A DNA stretch of 60,618 nt, filler included, from Hausera hauseri (lineage: Eukaryota): NCBI GenBank assembly GCA_046269625.1. It is 11 parts of 11 records of this genome, joined end to end, with 100 filler letters (N's around TTAATTAATTAA, not from the genome) between each part and the next. Parts side by side here need not be neighbours in the genome. Positions count along the whole stretch, not along the records: positions 46,389 to 56,134 come from JBJURY010295501.1; positions 56,235 to 60,618 come from JBJURY010607666.1; 9 more parts are not named here. One strand, 5' to 3'. The position numbers and the translations under genes are program-made. The notes beneath the pieces are model-generated. The model searched no databases and was not told where the DNA came from. It saw only the letters and a list, made by a program, of their open reading frames with translations. Positions 48,060 through 59,302 of this stretch are shown here, piece by piece; the stretch's first letter is position 1, and each line of letters begins with the position of its first letter.

Positions 48060-49610
48060 TTTACCTGTATCCTGCCATGAATCATGCAGCACAGCTCACC
48101 AAAACCTCAGCCGCTCATCACCAGGTGCAACCAATCTCTCCCTCTACAACCTACAAATCTCTGAACCCCCTCCTGACAGAGTAACGGTTAGTGGTTTCCT
48201 TATCCTGACATTTGCTTTTGCTTCTGTCTCCTGTCGGGCCACTAACCGTTCTCTCCCGGCCCATAGACTCGTTCCAGTCGCTCACCCTGAGATCAACACC
48301 AGAGCCAGACTCTTTTGGAGAGGCGAGGTCCACCAAGAAATAAACTTAAACTTGTGTCTTGGTGTTTGTGGTGATTTTGGTCCAGACCTTTTGGGGGTTC
48401 GTTACAGAACTATCTGGCCATAATGGACCACTCACCTTCTGCTGACTGGCGCTCTGGTGTCGAGGGTGCTATAAATAAACTTGAGTCAGGTATGGAAGAC
48501 ATTGTACGTATGTTAAAGGCTATTTTGCCACCTAACACCAACCAGGACTCTGCTGTTCCCCGTACCTGTTCTGAACCTGCTCGGGAGCCTCGTCTTGCTC
48601 CTCCCGAGCTGTTTTCTGGGGAACCCGATCAGTGCCGACCATTCATCTCTCAGTGTGAGATTCACTTTCAGCTGCAGCCCTCGTGTTTTACCACAGAGAG
48701 GTCGAAGGTAGCTTACACGATCTCCCTCCTCTCTGGCAAGGCCAAGAGGTGGGGAACCGCCGAATGGCAAAGAGACTCCCCAAACTGTTATCTGTTTCCG
48801 ACTTTTGCAAAGGAGCTGTGTCACGTTTTCGACCCAGTCCTCCCTGAGAGAGAAGCAGCCAGACGCCTGTTTGCCATCCGTCAAGGTAACCGTCGAGTAA
48901 CTGACTACATTATAGACTTTCATGCTGTCGCCTCAGGTAGTCGATGGAACGAGGAGGCGCTCACCGATGCTTTCTACCGAGGCCTTAATGAGGACATCAA
49001 GGACGGCCTCGCCACAAAACGATACCCAGACTCCCTTCAAGACCTGGAGGACATGGCCACCAGGGTGGACCTTCGGTTGGCCAAGCGGGCGAGGGAGCGA
49101 GAGTCGCGCTCTCTACCGACCACCCCGAGGGTTATTGAGCCTCCTATGGAGGTTAAGGTTCCTCAGTTCACTCCTGCTTCTTCTTCTCCAACCGCAGAGG
49201 AACCCATGCAGCTGGGTCGTAGTCGCCTCACTCCCGTTGAACGTGAAAGACGGCGGAGGGGGCGCCTGTGTTTCTATTGTGGTGGAGCAGGACACATTAT
49301 CTCTTTGTGTCTGGTAAAAGGACTCGCTCAGTAAACGTGAGGAGATGTTTACTGAGCAAGACATTGTCATCTGAACTCTCCTCAACCATCATCCAGCAGG
49401 CTATTCTCTCCATCTCGGGTAAGTCTTTGACTCCTGTTAAAGTGTTTATTGACTCTGGGGCTGATACTGAGTTTATGGACTACAAGTTTGCTGTCAGCAC
49501 TGTTATCAGTATCTTGGAGTCATCCAGCAACATTCTGTGGTGGCTCTGGACGGGCACCCTTTGAACTCTACCTCACAAATCACGGAACCTGTCACTCTTC
49601 ACTTGGGGGG
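48060..49610 (+). mobile_element. Sushi/PEG10-like Gypsy element: 5' LTR end, gag and truncated protease
   Basis: AATAAA near 48339 and an LTR ending GTTACA at 48406; the protease VFIDSGADTEFMD lies in another frame after gag. The element is cut at about 49610 by the ERV LTR. The LTR start is approximate. Confidence 0.82.
48423..49334 (+). CDS. Gypsy (chromovirus-type) Gag with CCHC zinc knuckle
   Basis: EPRLAPPELFSGEP.QCR.FI.QC..HF.LQP, L.G.A..W, IRQG.R.V.DY...F, WNE.AL...FY.GL...IKD.L, EPMQLG and CFYCG..GH....C. Confidence 0.9.
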   Translation: MDHSPSADWRSGVEGAINKLESGMEDIVRMLKAILPPNTNQDSAVPRTCSEPAREPRLAPPELFSGEPDQCRPFISQCEIHFQLQPSCFTTERSKVAYTISLLSGKAKRWGTAEWQRDSPNCYLFPTFAKELCHVFDPVLPEREAARRLFAIRQGNRRVTDYIIDFHAVASGSRWNEEALTDAFYRGLNEDIKDGLATKRYPDSLQDLEDMATRVDLRLAKRARERESRSLPTTPRVIEPPMEVKVPQFTPASSSPTAEEPMQLGRSRLTPVERERRRRGRLCFYCGGAGHIISLCLVKGLAQ

Positions 49611-50422
49611 TGTTATGAAAATGAAATCATATTTGTGTATCTGGGAGAGTTTTCATCTTTTTGTAGAGTAACACTGGGCTTCAGTTCATCACAAAAGTTG
49701 GTTGTGTTGTCGTGGTTAACAGGAAGCTCCTACATTCTTTCTATTGACAAGGGCTAATATATGACTTTGTTTTTAACACTTTTTTGGAGCCCTTTTTAGC
49801 ATTTATTAATATGAAGGTAAGAATTTGAGAGATTTAGTTAGATGTGAATTAAGATATATTAAGTGCAGATAAGTGTTTTTTATTATGTTTGTATGTTGGT
49901 GAAGACTTTATTTACTTTTTACAAGGTCTGTGAAAGTTGAGTGAAAACAGGCATTTCTGCCCCTTCAGCCTTTGTTCTGAACTCAGCAGAAACAGAGCGC
50001 AAAGGGGGAGGGGTGAACAGAACTTTCTTGAACGAACAGAACTTTCTCGAAGGATATGGGTGTGTGTTATCCGAGTAGGGATACGCCCCCATTTGAGACA
50101 AAGGACCTCGTGCAGGAAAGCAGAGTTCAGAGCAGCGCGTGGGTTCAAAGGGAGCAGAGTTAATCAGGTCGTATGATTTTCTGTTATGAATGCGCATTCA
50201 TAAATCATTTTATTTTGTTTTATACCTGAACTAACCAAAATGTATTCATATGAAATGTTCTGTGACTATTTTTATCGAGTAAACAATTAAATGTAACTTG
50301 AGAACTTTAAAGAGTGAGTCTGTCGTATCCTTCGGTGAATTGTTTCCCTTCCTTGATCCAGCTCAGCACCAATTCCATGAACTCGAAGGCGGAGAAGAAG
50401 AAGGAGACGTTAACGCCGAACA
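49611..50422 (+). mobile_element. 5' LTR of an endogenous retrovirus (812 bp)
   Basis: Starts TGTTA where the Gypsy protease homology stops and ends GAACA (TGTT/AACA inverted termini), 3 nt before a tRNA PBS. Confidence 0.68.
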
Positions 50423-50425
50423 AAT

Positions 50426-50444
50426 TGGAGGTCCACACCGAGAT
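50426..50444 (+). promoter_or_regulatory. Primer binding site, tRNA-Gln type
   Basis: TGGAGGTCCACACCGAGAT equals the complement of the tRNA-Gln 3' end (TGGAGGTCCCACCGAGAT) with a 1-nt insertion. Confidence 0.8.
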
Positions 50445-51659
50445 TGGTTTGCTGCAGGCAGGGAGCAAGGGCGAGTCCAGCATACTGACCGCACGGCGCC
50501 GTCATCAAACAAAACACAGGTACGCAGTTCCTTGTTTAATCTAAATCTGCATTGGACTTTTAATAGGCAAATTAAAACTCAGTGTGTTGGACTCCGTAAA
50601 CAAGATAAGTACGTTTTATGTTCGGAAGCGCGTAGGAATGAAAATAAAAGTAAAACCAGCTCCAGAATTATCACGCAGTGATCGAGCAAATCAAATACCC
50701 CGACGGGGGTTTTGAAGCAGGGGGGTGGGGGTTGTAGGATAAATATAATAATTTATTCGCCGCTCATTCTGTAACCCTGAGATCATGTTTTTCTGTAAAC
50801 ATTGTTGAATTTGTGATCAACTAAAAACAGAGTCAATTAAGCTTACTTAAAATTGGACGTTTAATTAAGTATAGTGCGGAGCTGGGTGAGATTAAAAGAT
50901 TAAAAGCGCAAAATACGTACGGAAAGCAGATCGATCAATGAATAATGATAAAAATAATATAAAATAATATTTTTTTAAAAAAAGGAGAAAAAGTGGCAAT
51001 AATAATTTCTTTTTAAATTGTTGTTGTTATTTTTTTTTTCTTTTTTACATAATAAATGGTCACAGAGCACGGAGTGAATGCATCTTTGGTTAAAACAAAA
51101 GGAGTCAACACACATTTTCTTTTAAAATAACATTTTAAATCAAACTGAAGTTTTGGGTAAAAACCATTGTTGAATTTTTTCTGGTGTCAGAGTCTCGTGT
51201 GCTTGAAAAATCAGTTGGTCTGTCTTATGTTGTCTGTCTATTTTGTTGTTTGTCTTGTCAACTTATAAGGCCAAAGTGTGAATGTGAAGGAGAAAAAAAG
51301 AGTTCCTGAAAGTTCCAGCCAAAATAAAGTTCTGTGTGCTGTATGAGTGCATTTCTTTTTGAAAGAATGGACAAAAAGAGTGAAATGGCAGAAAAGTGCA
51401 GGCAGCAATATGAGAATGAGAATTTTAAATCCTTAAATGAGCAAATAAAAATAATTACACAAGCTATTTCAATGTCAGTGAAAGATAAAAAACAAGAGGA
51501 ATTGCTCCTAAAAAATTAAAAGTAATAAATGAGAATGTAGTTTCAGACAATGCCGTAGATTTAATTTGGGCTAAAATAAGAAAATGTGAACAGGACAAAC
51601 AGGAGTTTGAAGAACAAAGGAAAGCAGCCAACGCCCTAAAGAGGGGGAAGTTTAAGAAG

Positions 51660-53366
51660 TTGATGATGACGTCAGATGACTCTTACAGGGAGTGGTTTAA
51701 GTTGGTACTGATCGCTCAAGGCGTATTTCATTTGTTGGTAGATGAAAAGGCGGAGAAGGCAGGGAGTGTAGCACCTCCTCCTTATTTTTCTGAAAGAAAC
51801 AGTTCAACAGCTCCCCCTGCTGGAGGGATCTACCCAGTGTATCATGTAAGGGAGGGTAGAGTTGAAATAGATGAGGCCCCTCCCTTGTTAGAGAGAGCTG
51901 AGCTTAAAAGACCAGATAAATTGATTGTTACAGATGAGGTGGGATCAGTCAGTTCTTCTGAACTTAGAGATTACATTAATACACATCCAACACCAAGAGC
52001 TGAGGATAGTTACACAACTCCACCAGTCTCACAGGCATCGTTTCCCCGCCCATCAGCACCGCTTTCAGGTGCTCCAGGATGGAGAAACAGGCCTTTACTT
52101 TCAGATCAAATGCCATCTTTGACACCTGAGCACCAAGTACGATCTCAGAGGAATCCTTTCTTTGCTGAAGTCCCTCTCAGGATTACTTCAGACATTGTGG
52201 CGTCACTTCCACCTCCACCCAGTACATCATTTTCCTTAACTTCACACACCAGTACACCTGGGCCTTCAGAACATGAGGAGAACAAAGAGTTTTATCAACT
52301 TGAGTATCCATCTGTGTCTAGTAGCAGTTTTCCTCTGCTCCAGGCAGGTGCACAGATCAGGTACAAGCCTTTTGCACTTGGTGACATTCAGTCTTTGGTT
52401 GACAAGCTGCCCCCATTGACGGAGGGGGGCAGTAAGTGGCTAAATGCAGTAGATAGTTTAACAAAAGGGATCACTTTAGCTGTTGGTGATATGCGAGCTT
52501 TGTTAGGACGTTGTGTTACCTCGACCCGGATGGATGAATTAGAACGAGCTGCAGGATGGAGTCATAAGGTGTTAGACTCAGAATCTATGACACATCACAT
52601 TCATAGATTTGCGGGGGCCCTCAGGGAGGCGTATCCGCTTCCTGAAGGGACCGGTGTGCCCAAGTTTCATTGGAAACCTGGACAGAACCCCACTACCTAT
52701 CTAGACCAGTGCAAGCAGGAGTGGCATGACAGAACGTTTTGTCATGGACAAACTGCAGGTCAGAGATATTTTTTTAGACAAGCAATTCTTGATGGTGTAC
52801 CAGCAGCTGTAAGTAGAGCGATGAAAACTAATCCAGACCTTCCCACTGCTGATGCAGCAAAATGGGAACGTCATTTAATCCATCATCTGCAGGAAGCAGC
52901 AGATGAGGAAGTGAAAAGTTCAGCTGATTTGAAAGATATGCAAACTCAGCTCATAAAGTTGCAGTTGAAGCAGGTTAGAGATGTTGTACAAGCTAAAAAA
53001 GAATCTAAACAAATGGTAGCTGTGAATGAAAATACACACAATGCTTCCCAATATACAGTGGTTTCTCCACCACAACCTAATTATCCTCAGAATCAGGTCA
53101 GAGGAAGATGGAGAAGGGGAGGTGGAGCTCGGGGCAGGAGCTACAGTCGAGGTTACATGCAGGGAAGCAGAGCACAAGATGTCTGCCATTATTGTCAGAG
53201 GCCTGGACATTGGGCGAGAGATTGTTTTCACAGAAAAGCTCAAATGCAGCAGGGTGAGCATCTTCATTCAGCTCCCAACCCTCAGATGGCACCTGATGGA
53301 CAGCAAACAGCTCTGCAGAGAGAGTGGGCTCCAAGTGCAGCCCCTAGTGGTTCCTATCAGCAATGA
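51660..53366 (+). CDS. gag: Class I (epsilon/gamma-like) endogenous retrovirus Gag; 5' matrix region (about 51300-51660) disrupted
   Basis: PPPY and PSAP late motifs, a Pro-rich linker, capsid start YKPF..GD...L..KLP....GG..W, an RG-rich NC and CHYCQRPGHWARDC. Confidence 0.88.
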   Translation: MMMTSDDSYREWFKLVLIAQGVFHLLVDEKAEKAGSVAPPPYFSERNSSTAPPAGGIYPVYHVREGRVEIDEAPPLLERAELKRPDKLIVTDEVGSVSSSELRDYINTHPTPRAEDSYTTPPVSQASFPRPSAPLSGAPGWRNRPLLSDQMPSLTPEHQVRSQRNPFFAEVPLRITSDIVASLPPPPSTSFSLTSHTSTPGPSEHEENKEFYQLEYPSVSSSSFPLLQAGAQIRYKPFALGDIQSLVDKLPPLTEGGSKWLNAVDSLTKGITLAVGDMRALLGRCVTSTRMDELERAAGWSHKVLDSESMTHHIHRFAGALREAYPLPEGTGVPKFHWKPGQNPTTYLDQCKQEWHDRTFCHGQTAGQRYFFRQAILDGVPAAVSRAMKTNPDLPTADAAKWERHLIHHLQEAADEEVKSSADLKDMQTQLIKLQLKQVRDVVQAKKESKQMVAVNENTHNASQYTVVSPPQPNYPQNQVRGRWRRGGGARGRSYSRGYMQGSRAQDVCHYCQRPGHWARDCFHRKAQMQQGEHLHSAPNPQMAPDGQQTALQREWAPSAAPSGSYQQ

Positions 53367-56134
53367 CACACCTCACAGAGAAATCAACCCATAGGGGGGG
53401 GAGCAGACCCTATGGTGCGAATGAAGGTCATGAATAAAGACCTATCTTTCCTGGTGGATACGGGGGCCACCTATTCCACACTGAATGATCAAGAGTTCTC
53501 TCAGCATGCCACGTCAGAAACTGTTTCAGTGATGGGATTCTCTGGAGTACAACAAAACCTGCCTTTGACTGAACCTCTCCTGATTAAAGCAGGGCCACAA
53601 TCATTGACTCATCCCTTTGTTTTGTCTAAAGATGTGCCAGTTAATCTTATGGGCAGAGACTTGTTAAAAAAGATGGGAGCGACCATCTTGTGTGAACAAG
53701 CAGGGCTGAAAGTGACTTTGCCCAATGGGACTTTTTGGACTTGTTCATCATCGTCATCCTCCTCTGCCTCACAATGTTTGCTTCAACCTATACAAGAGGA
53801 AGTAGCTGACATCTACTGGGCATTGTTACGCCCAGAAAACACCCAGCAGCTTGGCATTTACTCTGCCTACCTGTCTTGGAAGCCTTGGCTGGATGCTCTG
53901 CGACCCTACATTCCTCCTTCAGATCCGCTCCATCTCACTGTTTTTTATGACCGACATTCTGATGATTGTTATAAAGAACATTTTGCAATTTACTTACAGG
54001 ACACTGAGTGGCCAATTGCTTCAAACAAACTTATTGTTGGTCCACAAGGAGTTGCTTCACATGTCACTCTGTCACCATCTCAGTTGGAGTGGTACAGAAT
54101 GTCACCTGAAGCTGCACCACATGTTTCACTGGCTCTCGCTCCTACACATCAGGCTAAAGACTTAGGACCTATGGTAAAATCAGTAATGGCAGCCACTGAT
54201 TGGCAGCCCACACAGCTTCCATCAGTTGTTTTTTCACCATCAACAGATTGCTACATTATTGATGTTTCAGCTTAGGATGTAGGCAGACTAGAACATGATA
54301 TGATATCAAGACAACATGGTAGGGAAAAAACTGATCACTCTGATGTTTCTCTTATGTTAGATGCACTTCCGCCCACCCTCTGGTCTCAGGGTCCTGAGGA
54401 TGTGAGATTGGCTAAATGTGCACCTATCACCTTTGAACTCTTCCCAACTGAACCTGTGTGGTTATATCAATATGCTCATAAACCCGAGGCAGCAGAGGGG
54501 TTGACGGACACGGTCCGTGGCCTGCTGAGGGCAGGAGTTTTGGAGCAGTCTTATTCACAGTGGAATACACCTATTCTACCTGTTGAAAAAGTGGGCACAG
54601 GAAAGTACAGAATGGTTCATGACCTCAGATCTATTAATGCTATTCTTAAAACTCCCACCTGTCCAGTTCCAAATCCGTATGTAGCGTTGACGCAGTTGAA
54701 CCCTCAGCAGAGGTGGTTTTCATGTATAGATTTGGCAAATGCTTTCTTTTGCCTTCCCTTGTCAGAGGAAGTCCGTGACATTTTTTCCTTCACTTTTGAT
54801 GGTCAGCAGTATCGTTACACTCGTTTACCTCAGGGTTTTGCACTATCTCCTGGTCTCTTTAACAAAGTATTGAAAGATATACTTGTCGATCTTCCACTTC
54901 CACATGGTACAACTTTAATCCAGTACGTGGATGACCTCTTAATAGCAGCAGAAACAGCACAGGACTGCCTAAGGGCAACACATGATGCTTTACTCCTTCT
55001 TCATGATGCAGGCTTTAAAGTGAGCAAATCAAAACTTCAAGCTGTTCGTACACAGGTCTCTTTCTTGGGTAGGTTGGTCTCAGCGAAAGGCACTACTCTG
55101 TCTCCTGAACACAGAGCTTCAATCTTACATCATCCTAAACCTACAACAGTTCAGGACATGTTGTCTTTTCTAGGACTAACAGGGTATAGTAGACATTACA
55201 TACCTGATTACAGTGAACTAACCACACCCCTTCATGACATGGTCAAAGAACAGGGCATGAGGAAGCTAAAATCTAACCTTGTTTGGACTATTGAGGCAGA
55301 AAAAGCGTTTATCACTCTTAAACAACTCTTGTCCAGAGCTGCTGACCTAGCTCTGCCTGATTACATGTTGCCCTTCCATCTTGATGTTTCTGAAGCAAAA
55401 CACACCATTAATGGTGTTTTGTTTCAGAAAAAGGGGGGTAACAGACAGGTTTTGATGTACACTAGTGTGCTTTTGGATAATGCTGAAAAGCGACATCCAA
55501 CATGCACGCAGGTCGCAGCAGGTCTGAGTAAGATTGTTTCTAAAACTGCACATATAGTGATGGGTCATCCATTGCATATTCTGACATCACATAACATCGT
55601 GGCTTATGTCAACTCTGAACTTTTTACAATGACTTCCTTGAAACAAAGACGCATGAGTAACATACTAGCAGCATCAAATCTATTATTTCTGCATGAAGGT
55701 GTGAACATGGCTGATGGAATGAATACAACAAAGACACATGATTGCGTGCAAAAAGTACATAAAGAAGAAAGAATTAGGCCCGACCTAGAAACAGAACAGA
55801 TTCCATATTCAGAGAAACTTTACACAGATGGTTGTTGTTTCAGAATGGAGGATGGATCTTTAAAGTCAGGATTTGCAGTTGTGAGACAGAGTGATGAGAA
55901 ATTTGAAGTTGTGAAGTCTGGACAGTTGGAAGGACAGCAGTCAGCTCAGAAAGCTGAAATCCAAGCAGTGGTAGCAGCACTAAAAATGAGTACAGGGAAA
56001 GAAATTACGGTGTACACAGATTCTGCATACGCTTATGGGGCAGTACATGTTCAGTTACCTCAGTGGAAGAGAGCAGGATTTTTAACTGCAGGTAATAAGC
56101 CCATAAAGCATGAAGAGCTCATTAAGGACCTAGC
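53367..56134 (+). pseudogene. pol: ERV Pol: protease, 2H phosphoesterase, reverse transcriptase and RNase H (premature TAG at 54273-54275; integrase beyond the contig end)
   Basis: FLVDTGATYS and NLMGRDLL; HLT and HVS motifs; S.WNTPILPV.K, YRMVHDLR.IN, IDLANAFF, YTRLPQGF..SP, QYVDDLL; YTDG, SAQKAE and VYTDS.YA. In frame with gag. Confidence 0.93.
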
Positions 56135-56234
56135 NNNNNNNNNNNNNNNNNNNNNNNNNNNNNNNNNNNNNNNNNNNNTTAATTAATTAANNNNNNNNNN
56201 NNNNNNNNNNNNNNNNNNNNNNNNNNNNNNNNNN

Positions 56235-58480
56235 TAACTCTAGTAGCACCAATGCTGATACCACCATTTCTAATTAAGAAAGCTGACTCATAAATAACTA
56301 CCAACATCATGGTAGCAGCAAAGGAACCAAAATTTCCTCCAATATCCCTACTAGTTCATACTATTTTTGCAATAATACTGACACTCTTATTTAGTGTCAT
56401 CATAGGAGCAGTAATATTCTTCAACAAGAGAGTCAACTGATATAAGCGATTCAACTCCATTAGACGAGATAAATTACCAACAACCAGTGGATTTATGATT
56501 GGAAACAGCCTAATCCGCATCGTTAAAGCCGAAACATGCAACAATGTTACACCTGGAAACAGCCAATGGGGAACCACACCACGAATTTACAAACGAATAG
56601 CAATAGTTGTTGCTTTGTCAACACTCAACGTAACCGCAAATGAATCGAGCGTATATGAATACGCACTCGCACCTACCCTACCAGTCGTAAATTATAAATC
56701 ATTTTTGTTGCTAAGGTTTCTAATCTGTCTAGCCAGTAGCACTATAGTCGCATTAATAGTAATAGCATTTTACAAATGTTGCCGAGTAGTACGATACTAT
56801 CAAAAGGCAACCAACCAATCATCCCTCCTAATTACAAGGAAAGCCAAGGAAACTATGGTAAACCAAACCAAATACTTTTATCTATCCTGGTAATATGCTG
56901 CTTAATCGAAAATTGTATTACTCAATCAGTCAGTTCAAATGAACAAAACTGTTTGAAATATGTAAAATTCTTATCATGCGTTTTAGCAATATACGTGCTT
57001 GAACAATTAACAAGATTACAATGGGAGAAGAAGAAACGAGCCAGTACGGAAAAAATTTTAGATACAACTCCTACCATACTGGCCCCAAAAATCATTCGAA
57101 ATTACACAATATCTAAAGCAGAAACGAGCGAAAACTCATGGTCAAAAGATCCTCATGTACAACGACTATTGAAGGAATCGTCAGTCGTTTCAACAAAAGG
57201 AATTGTTAAGAGACATACATGGCCGAGTGCTAAACTAGAAGATATACCGTGAATGGAGGAAAAAGAACTACAAATTGAACTCAATAGAATAGCAATAGAT
57301 CAATGTATGATTTCAGAGAACAATACATTTAAACCTGTCAGAAATACTACACTATTGGAATTTGGTAAAACCTAAAAGGAAATGTCAACGGAAGATAAAT
57401 TTTTGTTGCTAAAGTCATGCGATGTGATTAGAAACGTTGAAATAGCAAAAGCAAACATCTGGGATAGTTGATCCTACAGAAATATTGCGTCAGTGATAAA
57501 AAGATTCAAACTTTATAAGAAGAACAACATCGACCGATCAATCGAAGTACATGAAATAGCACATTTACAACGAATGCTCAATAAACCACTGAATCAATAC
57601 TTGGACATAGAATGTGAAATTACTAATCTAAAGAAACAACACCCACAACATAATTTAAATAAAATCATACACACTTTCCGCCAACAACATTTACAAAATC
57701 AAAAAACTGAAAGCACTAAAACAGAACCAATCAGAAATACACCGACAAAATCAGATGTTGAGACAACCCATAGGCAAACCTGTCTACGAATATTCTTATG
57801 GAAAATTAATAAAACCTCGGATAAACAACAGTCTCCAGATTACAACTACCTAAAAACAAATATTTATAACGCCGACAGACAATACTTCACAGAAGACGAT
57901 GCTTATGCTTTCAAAACTATGGCACTAGCGGTTCAACAGTACTTGAAAACCAGCCCTCTCAATCTACATGCAGGACGTTTTACATCGTTTACTACATGGT
58001 AATACATTCCTTTACCAAATACTTAAAATGGCTTTACATAAAACTAATCAATCGGAAATCCTAACACAGGATATAGAGATACTTGACGACTTAGTGTAAG
58101 ATTGTGGCACTGACCACGTAATTAACGGATTATGGACGCCGAAAATGCAGAATATTGGAAACAATTCCGAAGAGTATAAGAAACACATATGGATAGACCT
58201 ATTACTAAGGGAAGCCGGGTTGGAAGGCGAATTCCTCACAGCGGAACTAGTTGAAGCCATCACTAACGTGATCGAGAAAACCGAGTATTACAAAACATTG
58301 GTAAAGTCGAAGCTGCAAATATTAAAAGAACTTCGACATGAAGTTGAAATATTATACGACGGTTACTTAAAGGAGAAACTAACATCCGGAATCGTACATC
58401 TTGATAGGGATTGGATGAGAGCAAAGTGTAAGAGTGTATACCCTAGAGGTCACAAGTTCACGACCTTTACGACAATCTAA
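56235..58480 (+). pseudogene. Decayed long multi-TM coding region (homolog of 44480-46288)
   Basis: TM TIFAIILTLLFSVIIGAVIFF, then the shared blocks listed for 43061-46288; several stops and frameshifts. Confidence 0.7.
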
Positions 58481-58500
58481 AAATACTCCTAACATTACAG

Positions 58501-59139
58501 TTGCAATCTTCCTGTCCAAATACCTTTTTGTTGAGTAGTTTTCGCTATTCTGTACATAATAAAATTCCATATCTAATGGTGGAATTACGACAAACCCCAG
58601 AAGGAATTAAAATAATTCCATACAGACCATTGGATATTTATCTTCAAGTGAGATTTGACCGTGCAATGTTTAGTTTACCTAATCCCAATTTTATTGTCAC
58701 ATTGGAAAACGCTAATAACGCCAGCTTCCTAATCACCATCACCAACGTTGAGTGCACTAAATTAATATCCCGTTATCCTAACTTAGCCCATATCCAGTTA
58801 CCCTACTATGACCCGTTACGAAAACCAAGAAGAGTTGCATTATTGGAGGCCGGTACACATAAACGAGGAGTAAATTCACTATTTCGATTTCCAACACTCC
58901 AAGAAATAATGAGAAGAGTAAAATTCATGTTTAGAAAACTTACCATCCCACCTGAATACAACCAGACACTGAACGTTATATCAGCGTCATTTGAACCATC
59001 AAAGCAAGCCCAAACCAATTATAAAATATTCCTGCTAATAGCAATAGTAGCAACCATCGGTGTAATACTTATAATAACAGCTATCTTGCTATATGCGTGC
59101 ATAAACATAATCACAAGAAAAAGGTACAGACTCTCCTAG
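58501..59139 (+). CDS. Putative single-pass membrane protein of unknown function
   Basis: 212-aa ORF with a beta-rich segment, N-glycosylation sequons (NAS, NQT), TM IFLLIAIVATIGVILIITAILLYACINII and a basic tail RKRYR. Confidence 0.5.
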   Translation: MQSSCPNTFLLSSFRYSVHNKIPYLMVELRQTPEGIKIIPYRPLDIYLQVRFDRAMFSLPNPNFIVTLENANNASFLITITNVECTKLISRYPNLAHIQLPYYDPLRKPRRVALLEAGTHKRGVNSLFRFPTLQEIMRRVKFMFRKLTIPPEYNQTLNVISASFEPSKQAQTNYKIFLLIAIVATIGVILIITAILLYACINIITRKRYRLS

Positions 59140-59302
59140 AGTAGAACTCGATAATAAACCATTCGAAATTCCTTTAACCAGCCTTGAATATGACTTAGAA
59201 ACCTACGGCGATGACAAATGGTTATCAATCATCAAGGAAGATGAATACTACCTTTATGTAAAAAATAACGAAGAACAAACCCTACTAAAGGCAGGACGCT
59301 AC

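Noticed and set aside
49602-49612. GGGGGG before TGTTA as a polypurine tract, making 49611-50422 a 3' LTR
   Set aside because: The LTR is followed by a PBS and gag, and the G run fits the interrupted Gypsy protease codons (VTLHLGG).
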